A DNA stretch of 64,000 bases from Squalus acanthias. Lineage: Eukaryota. The notes below the pieces were generated by a model. The model saw nothing but the letters and a program-made list of their open reading frames with translations. It had not been told where the DNA came from and made no database searches. This document shows, one piece after another, positions 1-12,951 of the stretch. The DNA lies in contig CM059432.1 in the NCBI GenBank assembly GCA_030390025.1, forward strand, positions 131,070,001-131,134,000, written 5' to 3'. Numbering within the stretch: position 1 is the stretch's first letter; every line of letters begins with the position of its first letter. The translations under genes and the position numbers were made by a program.

Positions 1-88
1 ACAGCGGAGGAAGGTCACCCTCCTTACGAGCTGGGGGCAGAGCCTCACTCTTGGGATTATCAGTCACTTCCTCCTGCAGCTGCTTCAC
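1..88 (-). CDS. NDUFB9: NDUFB9 coding exon 4 (runs off window start)
   Basis: Minus strand ctctgtag|GTG translates VKQLQEEVTDNPKSEALPPARKEGDLPPL, matching the NDUFB9 C-terminus (EALPPARKEGDLPPLWW). Phase 0 fits exon 3. Confidence 0.96.
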   Translation of the reverse strand, partial: MKQLQEEVTDNPKSEALPPARKEGDLPPL

Positions 89-749
89 CTACAGAGCGGA
101 AGAAAACAAAATGTTACCCCATAGATACCCTTCCATTTCTCGAATGCCACCTTCTACAATGATAACAAGATCAAGTAATTCCACATTGCAGTTTTAACTG
201 GCGCGCCTACAATAATAATTTTTGATTTCCATACACAGAAGTAAGTAGAGTTCATACATAGTTTGGATTAAATTTAGAACCCTAGACCCATTGTTGAAAT
301 CATGATTTGATTTTCAGCATTTGTGTGTTGTCTACGGACAGATGGTAGCCACACTTTTGCTAAAAAGCAGGTCAACAATGTGTAAATGAATTTTTACTAC
401 AAACTCTTAAAAGATTAAACACACAACTGATCCATCTGCCTATCAAATCACCTGCTTTAGTGTGACAAGGGTTGAGAATTATTACAACACTAACTTTTGA
501 AGATTTGAGTTTTCAGTGTTTATATCAGTGTTAAACATCCCCATCAGGACATGCAATGGAATACCAACAAACAGTGCCATGGAGGTGAGATACACACTTC
601 TTTACCTGCTAAGTTTCTGATCACTCATGCAGTGAAGGGAGGCAAGAGGTAGGTGTCGCCCCCCTCCCAAAAAGAAAGGGGAAAGATATCAAAGAGGAGG
701 CTGCTCTATTGTGTTTAATGGTTACATAGAATTATGTATATTATACGGT

Positions 750-1100
750 GTCAGCTGTGACTCAGTGGGTAGCACTCTCCCCTCAGTCTGAAAGTACAAA
801 ATCTAGGCCGACACCTAGGAGGTGCCATCTTTCGGATGAGAAGTTAAACCAAGGGCTAGTCTGCCCTCTGTAAAAGATCCCATGGCACTATTTCGAAGTG
901 GCCAATATTTATCCCTCAACCAACATCACTAAAACAACAGATTATCTGGTCATTATCAATTTGTGTGCAAATTGGCTGCTCCGTTTCCTACATTACAACA
1001 GTGACTACTCTTCAAAAGAGTACTTCATTGGCTGTAAAGCACCTATGGACACCCGGAGGTCGTGAAAGACGCTTACAAATGAAAGTCTGCCTTTCTTTTA
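750..1100 (+). mobile_element. DeuSINE (SacSINE1-like), decayed
   Basis: tRNA-like head (gtgactcagtgggtagcactctc), Deu core (gccaatatttatccctcaaccaacatcactaaaac...attatctggtcatt) and L2-like tail. Paralogous to the copies at 19765 and 22305. Confidence 0.8.
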
Positions 1101-2324
1101 TATAGAAATTACATGGAAAAAGGCTGTTTGGCCCAACCAGTCCATGTGGTATTTATCTTTCGCGTGGACAGTCGTCCTAACTTCGTGTGCCTCTACTGTT
1201 CCATATCGCTTTTCTTTCAAACACCAATCTAGCCTATTCTCAAATGTTAATGTGGTCTCTGCTGCAATCACCAACTCCAGTCATGCATTTCCGAGCCTCA
1301 CAACCCACTGTGTAAAAGAAAAAGCTTGTCCAGCTCGCTGTCCTAAATCGCTTTCATTTAATCTTGCATCTATGTCCTTTCATTCTAGCTCCCACAATCA
1401 CTAGAAACAGTCTATTTCCATCTACTCTATTCCTCCCAATTATAATTTTAGACGCCTATATCAAATCACCCTGCATTCTCTTCTGTTCTAATGAAAACAG
1501 TCCCAATTTATCAAGCGTTTCTTCATATTTGTTGGCCAAGGGTAGAGATGAGGCAGGCGATGGTGTGGAGAAAGGAGCTCACTCCACTAACCTGCAAGAG
1601 GAGAAATCTAGGTGGAAAGGAGGATATCGGTCCTCAATAAGCAACCAGATTATGGTAGCAGAGTCCATACAACTGTGACATAGCAGTAAAAGTTGGTCTC
1701 TATTCATCTGCTCTGTGATCAGAGTAGTTAAAAGAACTGCAATTTCTACTGATCAAAAGGCGTCACCTCACCAAAACTCTGGTAATTTTATACAGGAGGT
1801 AAGTCAGGAATAATAGAATGTTACAGCACAAAGTCTCTGCCACTGTTTTTCCTCCACAAGCCACCTCTTCTAATCCAACTCTGCTCGCTCTTCATACTCT
1901 TTAATATTCCTCTTTTTCAATCAACTCACTAATTCCCTTTTAAAAGAACTTATGAAATTCTTCTTTAGTGGTCTGTGATGGAGAATACCACCTCCTAACC
2001 AATGAAAGCACTTTTCAAAGCAAGTGTCTTTATTATTAAATGGGAGTAAATTAAATTGCTGTATATGAATATTTTGCACAATTTCTTTACCAGCAAATGC
2101 TGGTAAAATTCTATACATCTACTGCAATATTAATACTGTTCATCAGTGCAATTAAATGTATTAATAATGTGCCAATCACACAACAGAGCAAGGTCCTAAA
2201 AACTGCTGCAGATTGAACTTATTCAATAGTATTCTCTAAGCGAATGGAAAGCAGGTAACCAAGATGCCGAGAACTATTATAGGATAAATGCAGAATACAG
2301 AACATTACAATGACTTGTACCCAC

Positions 2325-2438
2325 CTCTTTGTCCCAGCTCAGGAGACGCAGCTGCTTCCATTGCTCTCGCTTGGCAAAATAATCTGGGTACATTGCCTTC
2401 TCAGATGGATGCCAGTAATCCAGATAGCATTCAGGTGT
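2325..2438 (-). CDS. NDUFB9: NDUFB9 coding exon 3 (114 bp)
   Basis: ag|[38 protein letters not shown]|gt, with canonical splice sites. Confidence 0.97.
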
Positions 2439-3380
2439 CTACCAGAAGTAGAGGAAAACATATCTTAAATAGATTTAAAGATTAACTTACAGCAAATCAA
2501 TCAACTTTTTGATTTTCACACGTTGCACATCAGTAAAAGAGCAGCAACAACTTTGGGGAATGAGTTGAGAAATCTTTAGTTGTCCATTAGATATATCAAA
2601 TCAGGTTACAAGTGCAAAACCATCTATGCTTCAATCAAAGCTTACAATTCTGTAATTTAAAGTCATGCTTATAGCCTGTATGAGTTTACCTCAGACTTAA
2701 AGCACAAATTCTCTAGATTACAGACTCTAGACTTCTCCCCAAACTTATCTTCTTAAAGTATCCAAGTAGTTCAAGATCAGAAAAAGTATACCAGGTGCTG
2801 GATAGATCAGTATGGTCAGCACTATGCAAGTGGATCAGACAATTCCAGGTCTGTGCTGAGTTAGGAAATCACAGCCAGGGCATCAGTAGAATTGCTACAA
2901 TTAACACCGGTTTCACTAGGCTGCAAAGATATTTAAAAAAACAGATCTTCCTCCAACAAGCCCTGCTGGAAGCAACCATTTGCAGATACTGGGTGAGGAC
3001 AGGGTTTCACTCAGAGAACAGATTTTTAAAAAAATACTAAGGCAGCTATCAGATCAGCTAAAAGGTTAATGGAAAAGAGGGTCGCGGACAACTATGGTAG
3101 CAATGGGAAATACTTTTTCAGTTACGTAAAGAGTCAGAAGACCGTCAAAGACTGTATTGAGTCACTGAAAGATGCTCAAGGACAGGTTAGAAAGGACTCT
3201 CGGTGTGGTGGATATACTAAATGAGTACTTTGCATCAGTCTTCACTCTTGAAGATGATGCTCAACTGACAGAATTAAATTGTGCTATTAGCAATAAAAGT
3301 GTTATTGAAATAGATAAACATACTGTTTAGAAAGAATAAAGAACTTTAAAATAGATAGGAATGCTGGCCTGGATGATACT

Positions 3381-4218
3381 GCAGTACAAAGGGATCTGGG
3401 GGTCCTAGTGCAAGAAAATCAAAAAGTTAGTATGCAGGTGCAGCAGGTGATCAAGAAGGCCAACGGAATGTTGGCTTTTATTGCTAGGGGGATAGATTAT
3501 AAAAACAGGGAGGTATTGCTGCAGTTATATAAGGTATTGGTGAGACCGCATCTGGAATACTGCATAGTTTTGGTGTCCATACTTAAGAAAAGACATACTT
3601 GCTCTCGAGGCAGTACAAAGAAGGTTCACTCGGTTAATCCCCGGGATGAGGGGGTGGACATACGAGGAGAGGTTGAGTAGATTGGGACTCTACTCATTGG
3701 AGTTCAGAAGAATGAGAGGCGATCTTATTGAAACATATAAGATTGTGAAGGGGCTTGATCGGGTGGATGCGGTAAGGATGTTCCCAAGGATGGGTGAAAC
3801 TAGAACTAGGGGGCATAATCTTAGAATAAGGGGCTGCTCTTTCAAAACTGAGATGAGGAGAAACTTCTTCACTCAGAGGGTAGTAGGACTGTGGAATTTG
3901 CTGCCCCAGGAAGCTGTGGAAGCTACATCATTAAATAAATTTAAAACAGAAATAGACAGTTTCCTAGAAGTAAAGGGAATTAGGGGTTACGGGGAGCGGG
4001 CAGGAAATTGGACACGAGGCTGAGTTCGGATCGGTCGAGGCCCTGTGGGTGGCGTAGCGGGCCCAGGGGCTGAGTGGCCGGGTCCTGCTCCTACTTCTTG
4101 TGTTCTTTAGATTTGAGGTGAGGATCAGATCAGCCATGATCTTATTGAATGGCGGAGCAGGCTCGAAGGGACGATTGGCCTACTCCTGCTCCTATTTCTT
4201 ATGTTCTTATGTTCTTAT
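3381..4218 (+). mobile_element. 5'-truncated CR1 LINE with doubled 3' UTR, inserted in an older CR1
   Basis: ORFs 3408-3680 and 3646-4023 give the CR1 ORF2 C-terminus (RPHLEYC, RRMRGDLIE, RTRGH). Tail is (cttatgtt)n. Older CR1 RT remnants flank it at about 3100-3380 and 4220-4720. Confidence 0.9.
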
Positions 4219-6374
4219 ATCCACCCGATGGTCCTTAAGGAGATGGGACAGGAGTTATGCCAGGCCTATGCCCGTATCTTTAATAGCTCACTGGAGTGTG
4301 GGCTCTTCCCTTAGACTGGAAGGAGACCAACATAGTTACAATCTTTGAAAAGGGAGATAAGGCAGATCTGGGTAACTATAAGCCTATTAGCTTAACGTCA
4401 GTAATAGGTAAGATGCTGAAGGGAATCATTGGGATGCAATATATGACTTAGACAGAGAAGGCCATATCAGGGACATCCAACACAGCTTCTGAATAAAGTC
4501 ATGTCTTACCAATATTTTTGAAGAAGTCACCAGGATAGTGGATGAGGGAAACCTGGTAGACATCATCTATCTGGACTTTTAGAAAGCATTTGATAAGGTA
4601 CTGCAAGAGGGGCTTCTCTACAAGATAGCACGATCTGCAAGTTTGCAGATGATACCAAGATATGTGCGACAGTTAGGACTGTAGAGAATGCTCGACTCCT
4701 ACAAGCAGATCTAGAGGCGCTGGGTCTATTACATTGAATTTACGAGCTTCCTCCCACCCTATCCGCATATCTTTCTATTCCTTTCTCCCTCATGCACTTT
4801 TTTTTTTTAGCTTCTCCTGAAAGTCATCTATGCTATTCGCCTCAACTACTCCATGTGGTAGCAAGTTCCACATTCTAACCACTCTCTGGTAACAAGGTTT
4901 CTCTTGAATTCCCTATTGGATTTATTGTGGTGTATAAAGCATCGCAAATGTATGGACCAGGCTGATGGACCGGTAGGTCTTTTCCGGTCGGTCATTTTCG
5001 TATGTTTGTAATGGCCTCTTGTGGATGATTAGGCACTGACCCTCCATGTCTATGTTCATGTGTGAAGAACACCACTTGAGCGAGAGCAGCAACCCACTGT
5101 GAATTACTATTTTCCAAGAGGTAGGGTATAGGGGAGAAAAGTGGAGCAATAGAGCAGCATAGCAGCAGTTTACCTTAGGATTAAATGGAGAAATAATATA
5201 TGTAAAGGGTATTTTACAAAATCCTGCTCCTGAGAGAGCTTTGCCTGCTGGAAGCGTGTCAGTAATACAGGTGCATGCTGCCTACAGTTTTCCATCAATT
5301 AAAATAAATGGTTGGAAAATTATGGGCATACAGCACTAAAATTCCTGATGTGCACTCCTAGTTAAACAGAAAAACTTATGGCAAGTTGGGACTCAAGAAG
5401 TAGAGAGTTTGTTGCAGTAGTTTCAGAGGAGCTGGGAAGACGTGAAGAGGTGTTACAGTGCCACTACTACTGAGAGGGTAGAATTACCACGTAATAAGTT
5501 TATATAGGCAGGCTCTATAATAAATGTGGACATAGGAAATTATAATGGGAAAAACTTGACTGGAAGAGCGCACAGATGCAATATTTTTAATATTACCAGT
5601 TGATTGACAGTGGCATCGCACATGACAAGTTATAGAATATGGTCACTCTCTTACTTGTCAATGCTATCTTTGTGCTGCTGTTTCTGTTTCTCATCTTCTA
5701 CTTCGGTCTCTTCCTATTCTTTTCTACTTCTCTCCCATAACTCCACAGGCAGAGAAAGGAGTCACAGAATGGCTGGTAGTTGCATTTGGGGTAGGGGTTG
5801 CTGCTAAAATGTGGTCTTCAGAGGCCCCCTTTCCCCTCCCCCCAATCACTCACGCACCTGCCCCCCCCACCCCCTCCTCGCTCTTACCACATCCACAGCT
5901 CCTTCACTTTCCCACTACTTATTCTTCTTCTTCCTACCTTCTCACTCCCATAACTACCCCTCCCCCTTGCTCCACTGTTATTCACTTCACCGTTGGCCCT
6001 CCATCCACAGGCAGGTGGCGAGAGGCCAGATGCCTCCTCACCTTTAACCAGTTTGCTTCCTACCCTCCCTTCCTATCTATTTTCCTCAGTGTCTTTGTTT
6101 CTTTTCAAAATTTATCTAGTTTATTTAAAAAGAAATGAAATTACAACGAGGAAAGATACTGCCCATCTTTCTCTCTACTTGTGTGTGTCTCTCTCTGTCT
6201 CTCTCTCCGTTCGTCCCTCTGGTTGTTTCACAGATATTAGAATCTCTGTTTCTGGTGTAAAAGATTAGCATCAAACTTCTCCAACTGACAAAACACAGGA
6301 AATGTATAGACATAAGATTTTTTATATATTATAGATACATATTAGTTTTATATAGTATGAATTTCACCTCACAC

Positions 6375-6567
6375 CTTGTAGCAATCGTATCTCTCATAGG
6401 ACGTGCCTCCAGGAGAATCAGGGAAAATGTAGGGCTGAGGATGCTGATTTGACCAGAATTCCTCCTCACCAGTTTTCAGCAGCTTAGTAGCCTTTACCAT
6501 GTCCTTTTCATCTCTATTTGCATCAAACCTTGCTCGCAGCATGCAGGCATAAAAACGGTATTTGTCT
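6375..6567 (-). CDS. NDUFB9: NDUFB9 coding exon 2 (193 bp)
   Basis: (R)[64 protein letters not shown], with ag/gt ends. Phase 2 start matches exon 1. Confidence 0.97.
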
Positions 6568-7229
6568 CTAATTAGGAAAAAAGTAAATATCACAAACTCA
6601 GCTGTATTTAACCCAGGAACTGTATTTTCACAATTCATTCCAACAGCACATTCAGCACTCTAAAATAAATTAAAATGGTGGTAGCTGCAATCAAACGTTA
6701 CTATTGTGACCTTTTCCTTGTTTGTCAGTTACCAAAAAGGTTCCCTGTCTCGGTAGTGCTGGGAGGACAAGGTGCTCGACACCAGTGTCCCACTGACCGC
6801 TGTGGATCTCAACGGATATTAAGGTGCTACAGAAACATAATTGTTATTCCAATAAAAAGTTTATTTGATCCACTAGTGATGAGTTTCTGTTTCTTTTGTC
6901 TCTCCGTAGACACAAACTTAGGTTTAGGTTTAACTAGCTCAGTTGCCTGTTATGAATACAGTTTGTGACTTTAGTTTCTTGAATTCAGGTCAAAATCAGC
7001 TTTGAACAAATACATGTTCTTGCATGAAAAAAAAACAATGTTTAAACGCAGTTTTCTGCTTATAATCACCAAAACAATTTTGGAAGGAATAAATACTTTT
7101 AAATACACACACCTGTCTTCCCAAGTCTAATGCTAAAAGGCATTAAGCTGCATCCCCAGCACCTGCTCCTCCATACAATGTATGTGACGCAGGTGACTGT
7201 TCTACACTAACACTGCCATTCAATACAGA

Positions 7230-7428
7230 TGTGATGTGGAGATGCCGGTGTTGGACTGGGGTGGACAAATGTGAGAAGTCGCACAACACCAGGTTATAGT
7301 CCAACAGTTTTGTGTGAAATCACAAGCTTTCGGAGCGCTGCTCCTTCACCTGACGAAGGAGCAGCACTCCGCAAGCTTGTGATTTCACATAAAACTGTTG
7401 GACTATAACCTGGTGTTGTGCGACTTCA
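7230..7428. mobile_element. Penelope-like foldback fragment (family B)
   Basis: Inverted arms gaagtcgcacaacaccaggttatagtccaacag...ctgttggactataacctggtgttgtgcgacttc, flanked by the 13-bp direct repeat cattcaatacaga (7217-7229, 7429-7441). The central hammerhead motif is degenerate (GAAA>GCAA). Confidence 0.8.
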
Positions 7429-8879
7429 CATTCAATACAGAGACAAAATGAAATGCTCCAAATAAGGTCACACCAGCAGACACTGGTAGAGTACTGGAGG
7501 TAAAATCTGTGGAGTAATTCAAGAGGCAGCTAGATGCTGTGCTTGGAGGAGGGGGAATTGTAGGTTTACATGGAAGGATAAGTTCGGTGTGCCAAATCAG
7601 CCCCTTCAGCAGTACTTATTTTAATTTAGGGATTCATTGGGTATGGGGGGGGGTGTTAGTTACTGGCATTAGTCCTAAAATCAAAAGCCTTCGTTTTGAA
7701 ACAGAAACTCTGTGTTACACTAAATTCTAATTGTAAAGTTATCTTTAAATTGGTAGAATTTTAGCAAGGTTGCAGTTCCTTCACAGAATGTCACGTACAA
7801 AGTGTTACTGTTTAAACAGAAACCTACGCTAACAGCAATCGCAGTGGTGTTTCTTCAAATTTATTAAAGTCCCTTTACAAAACAATTATATTTAAAATAG
7901 AAATCATATCCGTTAAAGAAAAGGCTGCCTTCACATAAATTCCTCCTTCAATGGTGCTTCTCCCACAAGAGATGCTATTATTCGACATCCGCAAACAAAT
8001 GCTTCCAGTAGACATCACTGAAGGTTCAGGAACAGAAACCCAGGCTCAGTTTTAGCATTCTTGGATTAGGAGGAAAAAAATAAGAGCTGGCACAGACGAT
8101 ATGGGCTGAATGGCCTCCCTCCGTGCTATATGATTCTATGAACTGGTTTTACAAGTTGAGAGGAAAATAAATGTTTGGCACAAAAGAGGAAACGGTGTCT
8201 TGGAGACAACTTCCAACAACAGAGCAGATGTGGGAACTCCATTTGAGGGGAGAAGATATAGTAAAGCGAAGGATGTTGATAGATGGGGATTAGGGATGGA
8301 GCGATCATAGGTAAACGGTGGTTGCGGTTTGTTATAGTGCAAGAGATGTGAAGAAACTGTTTTTGAAGAATATCAAGAAAAATAATGTTCACTGCCCTTC
8401 AAGGGAGCATGGAGATCAAATGCAGCGATTCATTCATTATACTGTGTTAGGAATAGTGGCAGTGTCCGAGGATGTGTGATCTGAAGGAAGTTGAATGTAG
8501 TGTGAAATCATCAGCAAAATGCTGGATAAGTTTGGTTGAGTGGAAGGGGCCAGTGATGGGAAGGAATAGAGCGAGAGAATCAGAGCTATGGAGATGCCAA
8601 GTTAACGGGGAAAAAAGTCAAAGGATGAGCCACTGATAGCACAGTATAGCAATCTGGAGTAAACTAGATGGCCATAAACATAGTTCTAATAGACCATATT
8701 TTGGTAAATTGTTTGGCCATGTATGGTGCCAGACTCTGTCAAAAGCTTTCGGGATGTCAATGATGATGCCAAATGATTCAAAGTATTCAACAGTTGAATT
8801 CCAGAGGCACGAGTACCAAAGTAGCTGCCCGCAATAATTGATGCAGCACTCCAATTATTATAGCACCTAGGCGACATAG

Positions 8880-9850
8880 CCAAACGGGGTCAATAAAGGT
8901 TATGGGGAACACACTCCAGTGGCTGGGATCATATCTGACACAAAGGAAGATGGTTATTGGAGGCCAATCATTGCAGGCCTGGTATACCATTGCAGAAGTA
9001 CCTCAGGGAAGCATTCTGAACCCAACACTTATCACCTGCTCAATCAATAACCTCCCGTCCAACACAAGTACAGGAGTGGGGCTGTTTGTTGACAATTCTA
9101 CAGTGTTCAGCTCCATTCACAACTGCTCTGATAATGAAGCAGCAGTAGCACCTGGGCAACAACAGCCAGGCTTGGGCTGATAAATGGCAGGTACCATTCA
9201 TGTCACACAAGTGCCAGGCAATGACCATCTCCAACATGAAAACGCCCAATTATCCACCCGACCGCCAACAGTCACCCAGCCCCACCATCGACTAGAAGCT
9301 ATAGCAACAAAGTGACAAGAGCAGCGCAGAGGCTGGGTACTCTGTGACAAGTGCCTCAGTTTCTGGCTCCTCAAGGCCTTTCTACCATCTACTAAGCTCA
9401 AGTCAGGAGTGCGATGGATTACTCACCACATGCTTGGATGGATGCAGCTGCAGTCAAAGAAACGCAACACCATCCAGGACAGAACAGTCTGCGTCATTGG
9501 CACTGCTACTGGGCTCAATATCTAGTCCCTTCATCACCGGCGCAATGTGGCTGCAGTTATGTGTCATCTAAATGATGCACTGCAGCGACTCGCCAAAGTT
9601 ATTTCAACAACGCCTCCCAGCCCTGTTACCTCTACCACCTAGAACGACAAAATGAGCAATATCGTGGGAACACAATCACCTTGAAGTTTCCCTCCAAGTC
9701 ATACACCATCCAGAGTCAAAATTGTGGAATTATCTACCTAACACCATCACCATAAGGACTGCAGCAGTTCAAGGCGGCAACTCACCACCTTCTCAGGGCA
9801 CGTGGGGACGGGCAATAAATCCAGCTAGCATCGCCCACATCCCAAGAACA
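8880..9850 (+). mobile_element. Decayed jockey-group (CR1/L2-related) LINE 3' part
   Basis: WLGSYLTQRK...EVPQGSIL-P...GLFVDNS RT motifs. Same family as 18607-19222. Confidence 0.75.
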
Positions 9851-11619
9851 AATATATAATAAAGTAACATAGGCAATGAGATCACCAGTGGATTTGTCAT
9901 TCGAAAAGCTATACTGATCATGGATTAGGCCACAGCTTTCAAAGTGATAATTTGAGCGTTAACAACAGCTGCCATAACTTTACAAAGTACCAATAGTGTG
10001 GTAGTTGGAATAGAAATTTTATAGGAATTTACAGAACAGAAGGAGGCCATTCGGCCCATCGCGTCTGTACTGGAATGGTAAGAGGAAATACTTTTCATAG
10101 AAGGATGAACCTATCAAAAGGAAAAGGAACGGCAAGGCTGGAATCAAGGGAAATAACATTGAGGCAAGTTTGGAGGCAGACATCTTAAGTATGAAGAGAA
10201 GCACACCATCAGGACCAGGGGCCTTAGTCATCAGGGGAGCTCCAAGTTTTGAAGGGAAAAACAAAAGATGCAAATCAATGTAAGGGTTGGATGAAGTTAG
10301 CACATAAACCAGAAGGCTCTACTTGCTTCTTATTTAAGTCAATAAAAAAGACCCTAACACAGGTACACAGCGATAAGAACTTTAACAATGTACCAAGGTA
10401 AAGGTGCACAATGTCAGATACTGCACCGCCTTCATATCAAAAACAAATTAAACTATTTATTTTCAACAGTATAGCCAATTGTGGTACCAATTCAATATGC
10501 AACTAATTAAATCAACATTCATCATTTTACTTGCATATTAAATCAATACAATCCACTTATTCTATAAATACTTGCACATGAATTATCTAATACTCACTTT
10601 GACTTAGTAGCTTCCCCCCCCTTTCAAGGCTCAATTAGCACAAGAAATGTGTTCTGATTTGACAGTTTTCAACACAAATTCTGACAGCAAGACCGCCAAT
10701 AGGCAAGTCTTTTTGTGTTATACTTTTGGCATTGTTGTTGCTAATAGCAAGATTGCCCCCAAAAGATGATCTCACATTTGTATTGATGCAGTGACATAAA
10801 TATAACTGGTGCAAGTCCTAGCCCAAAAGAGTATAACAAGCATACTACATTTATCTTTAACATTAACAAAATTTTTTTTTCCTCATTTCTAGACAAAACA
10901 CAACATAAATCACAGACTAAGAACCATAGCCAAAAATTTGATTTTCAGAAACTAAGTCCTGGTGAAAGATTCCACCTTCCCCAAAATGTTAACCTACATT
11001 TCTTTATCAGTTATCAACTAACCTACTTATTTCAGCATTATGTTTTTATTTCTGATTTAGTGCACTTGGAAACTCCTCTTAATTCTCAAGGCTGAGATAG
11101 ATAGATTTTTGGACTCTAGGGGAATCAAGGGATATGGAGATGGGGCGGGAAAGTGGAGTTGAGGTTGATGATCAGCCATGATCTTATTGAATGGCGGAGC
11201 AGGCTCGAGGGGTCTTATGGCTCTTATTTCTTATGTTCTCACACTGAAATCAGCTCAGGTTTTAAAGCTCAATTGTTTGAAAATAAAAATACACCAGAAA
11301 ACTAAGCAGTTAATTTCAGAGACATCCTAGAAAAGTGTCTTTTTAAAAATTATACCAGATCTCGATTGGCATTGCTCACAATAAATCAAAATAATACTCT
11401 TATAAGGGCGAGGGTAATGCACAATGTACTGTTCTGCTAAGGTGCATCAGTGACTTTTAAGGCTACAAAGTCTAATTGTTGTCAAGTAATTCCGTTTCAA
11501 ATCAGAACTTAATTGCTGTTTGGTGATGGAACTGTGGAGATGGCAAAATGTTTTATCGTTTCAGGCTTTACACTAACGCTTTTAAATAAAATGCATCTGT
11601 AAAAGTATGGCAGTTGGAA

Positions 11620-11890
11620 TAAAAACAAGAAAAAATCTGGAAACACAGCAGGTCAGGCAGTACCTAGAAACATAGAAAGAAACAGAAAAATAGGAGCAGG
11701 TGTAGGCCATTCGGCCCATCGAGCCTGCTCCGCCATTCAATATGATCATACCTGTGGAGAGAGAAACGAAGTTAACATTTCAGGTCGATGACCTTTCATC
11801 AGAACCCCACTCTCCACAGATGTCGAATGTTTGCAGCTTTTCCTGGTTTTGTTTCGGGATTTCCAACATCCGCAATATTTTGCTTTTTTT
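11620..11890. mobile_element. Decayed Penelope-like foldback (family A) interrupted by a short CR1 tail
   Basis: Shares tttcaggtcgatgacctttcatcagaac with 12685-12938. The CR1 3' fragment at about 11666-11748 lies between two tacct repeats. Confidence 0.65.
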
Positions 11891-12188
11891 AAAAAAATTG
11901 ACAATCTATTGAACAAACAGAAAATGCTGGAAATACTTTACAAACAAACATGCAAACACACAATTTTTTGATTTACGAACATTTATGCATTTTGGCTTAT
12001 TGCATTAGTCCAGTTAAATGGTAAGTTAAATACTAAAATAAAACATCTCGTTCCTGCATTTCAACATTGAGGCTCTGCTGTGAGCAGAAGCACCAACTGC
12101 TGCTGCCTGCACTTCTGTGCAGCCGCTGTGTCCGTCAATCCCGCCCCAATTCCACAAGATTTTGACTTTGAATTTTGTCATTGACTCA

Positions 12189-12296
<108 letters not shown>

Positions 12297-12326
12297 TCAA
12301 TCCGTCCTTCCGCTTCACCTTCCCGC

Positions 12327-12528
12327 CCGAGGAACCACGGGAAGGAGGAGGACCACAAACCACCCGCGCCCCGAGGAACCACGGGAAGGAGGAGGACCAC
12401 AAACCACCCGCGCCCCGAGGAACCACGGGAAGGAGGAGGACCACACACTACCCGCGCCCCGAGGAACCACGGGAAAGAGGAGGACCACAAACCACCCGCG
12501 CCCCGAGGAACCACGGGAAGGCGGAGGA
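12327..12528. repeat. 44-bp GC-rich minisatellite, about 4.6 copies, just upstream of the NDUFB9 ATG
   Basis: Unit ccgaggaaccacgggaaggaggaggaccacaaaccacccgcgcc starts at 12327, 12371, 12415, 12459 and 12503. Confidence 0.95.
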
Positions 12529-12780
12529 TCAAATCAACGTGGATTCAGCGTCAGCTGTGGCAGCAATATAAAGTCAGCCGAAAGGGAAAGAGCTTTTTCA
12601 ATTCTCACGCCCAAAATAGTCGCCGGAAACGCACGCAGGCACACACTTAGACAAATGATAAGCACGCATTCATACATACATACAATAGCAAAATACTGCA
12701 GATGCTGGAAATCCGAAATAACAACAGAAAACGCTGGAAAAACTCAGCAGGCCAGGCAGCATCCGTGGAGAGAGAAAGAG

Positions 12781-12816
12781 AGTTGACGTTTCAGGTCGAT
12801 GACCTTTCATCAGAAC
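12781..12816 (-). ncRNA. Minimal type I hammerhead ribozyme motif
   Basis: Minus strand gtt-CTGATGA-a-aggtc(atc)gacct-GAAA-c-GTC-aact: intact core, stem II, stem I and a GUC cleavage triplet. Confidence 0.7.
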
Positions 12817-12835
12817 ATCATACATACATACATAC

Positions 12836-12872
12836 AGTTCTGACGAAAGGTCATCGACCTGAAACGTTAACT
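12836..12872 (+). ncRNA. Minimal type I hammerhead ribozyme motif
   Basis: agtt-CTGACGA-a-aggtc(atc)gacct-GAAA-c-GTT-aact. Confidence 0.68.
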
Positions 12873-12951
12873 CTCTTTCTCTCTCCACGGATGCTGCCTG
12901 GCCTGCTGAGTTTTTCCAGCGTTTTCTGTTGTTATTTCATACATACATATT

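Larger units (their letters stand above)
12685..12938. mobile_element. Penelope-like foldback (family A) in a (CATA)n microsatellite
   Basis: 102-bp arms 12715-12816 and 12837-12938 with 2 mismatches. (CATA)n lies on both sides and in the loop. Each arm has a hammerhead motif. Confidence 0.8.

Noticed and set aside
12327..12528. Possible CRISPR-like array
   Set aside because: The units are contiguous with no unique spacers, the context is eukaryotic, and there are no cas genes.
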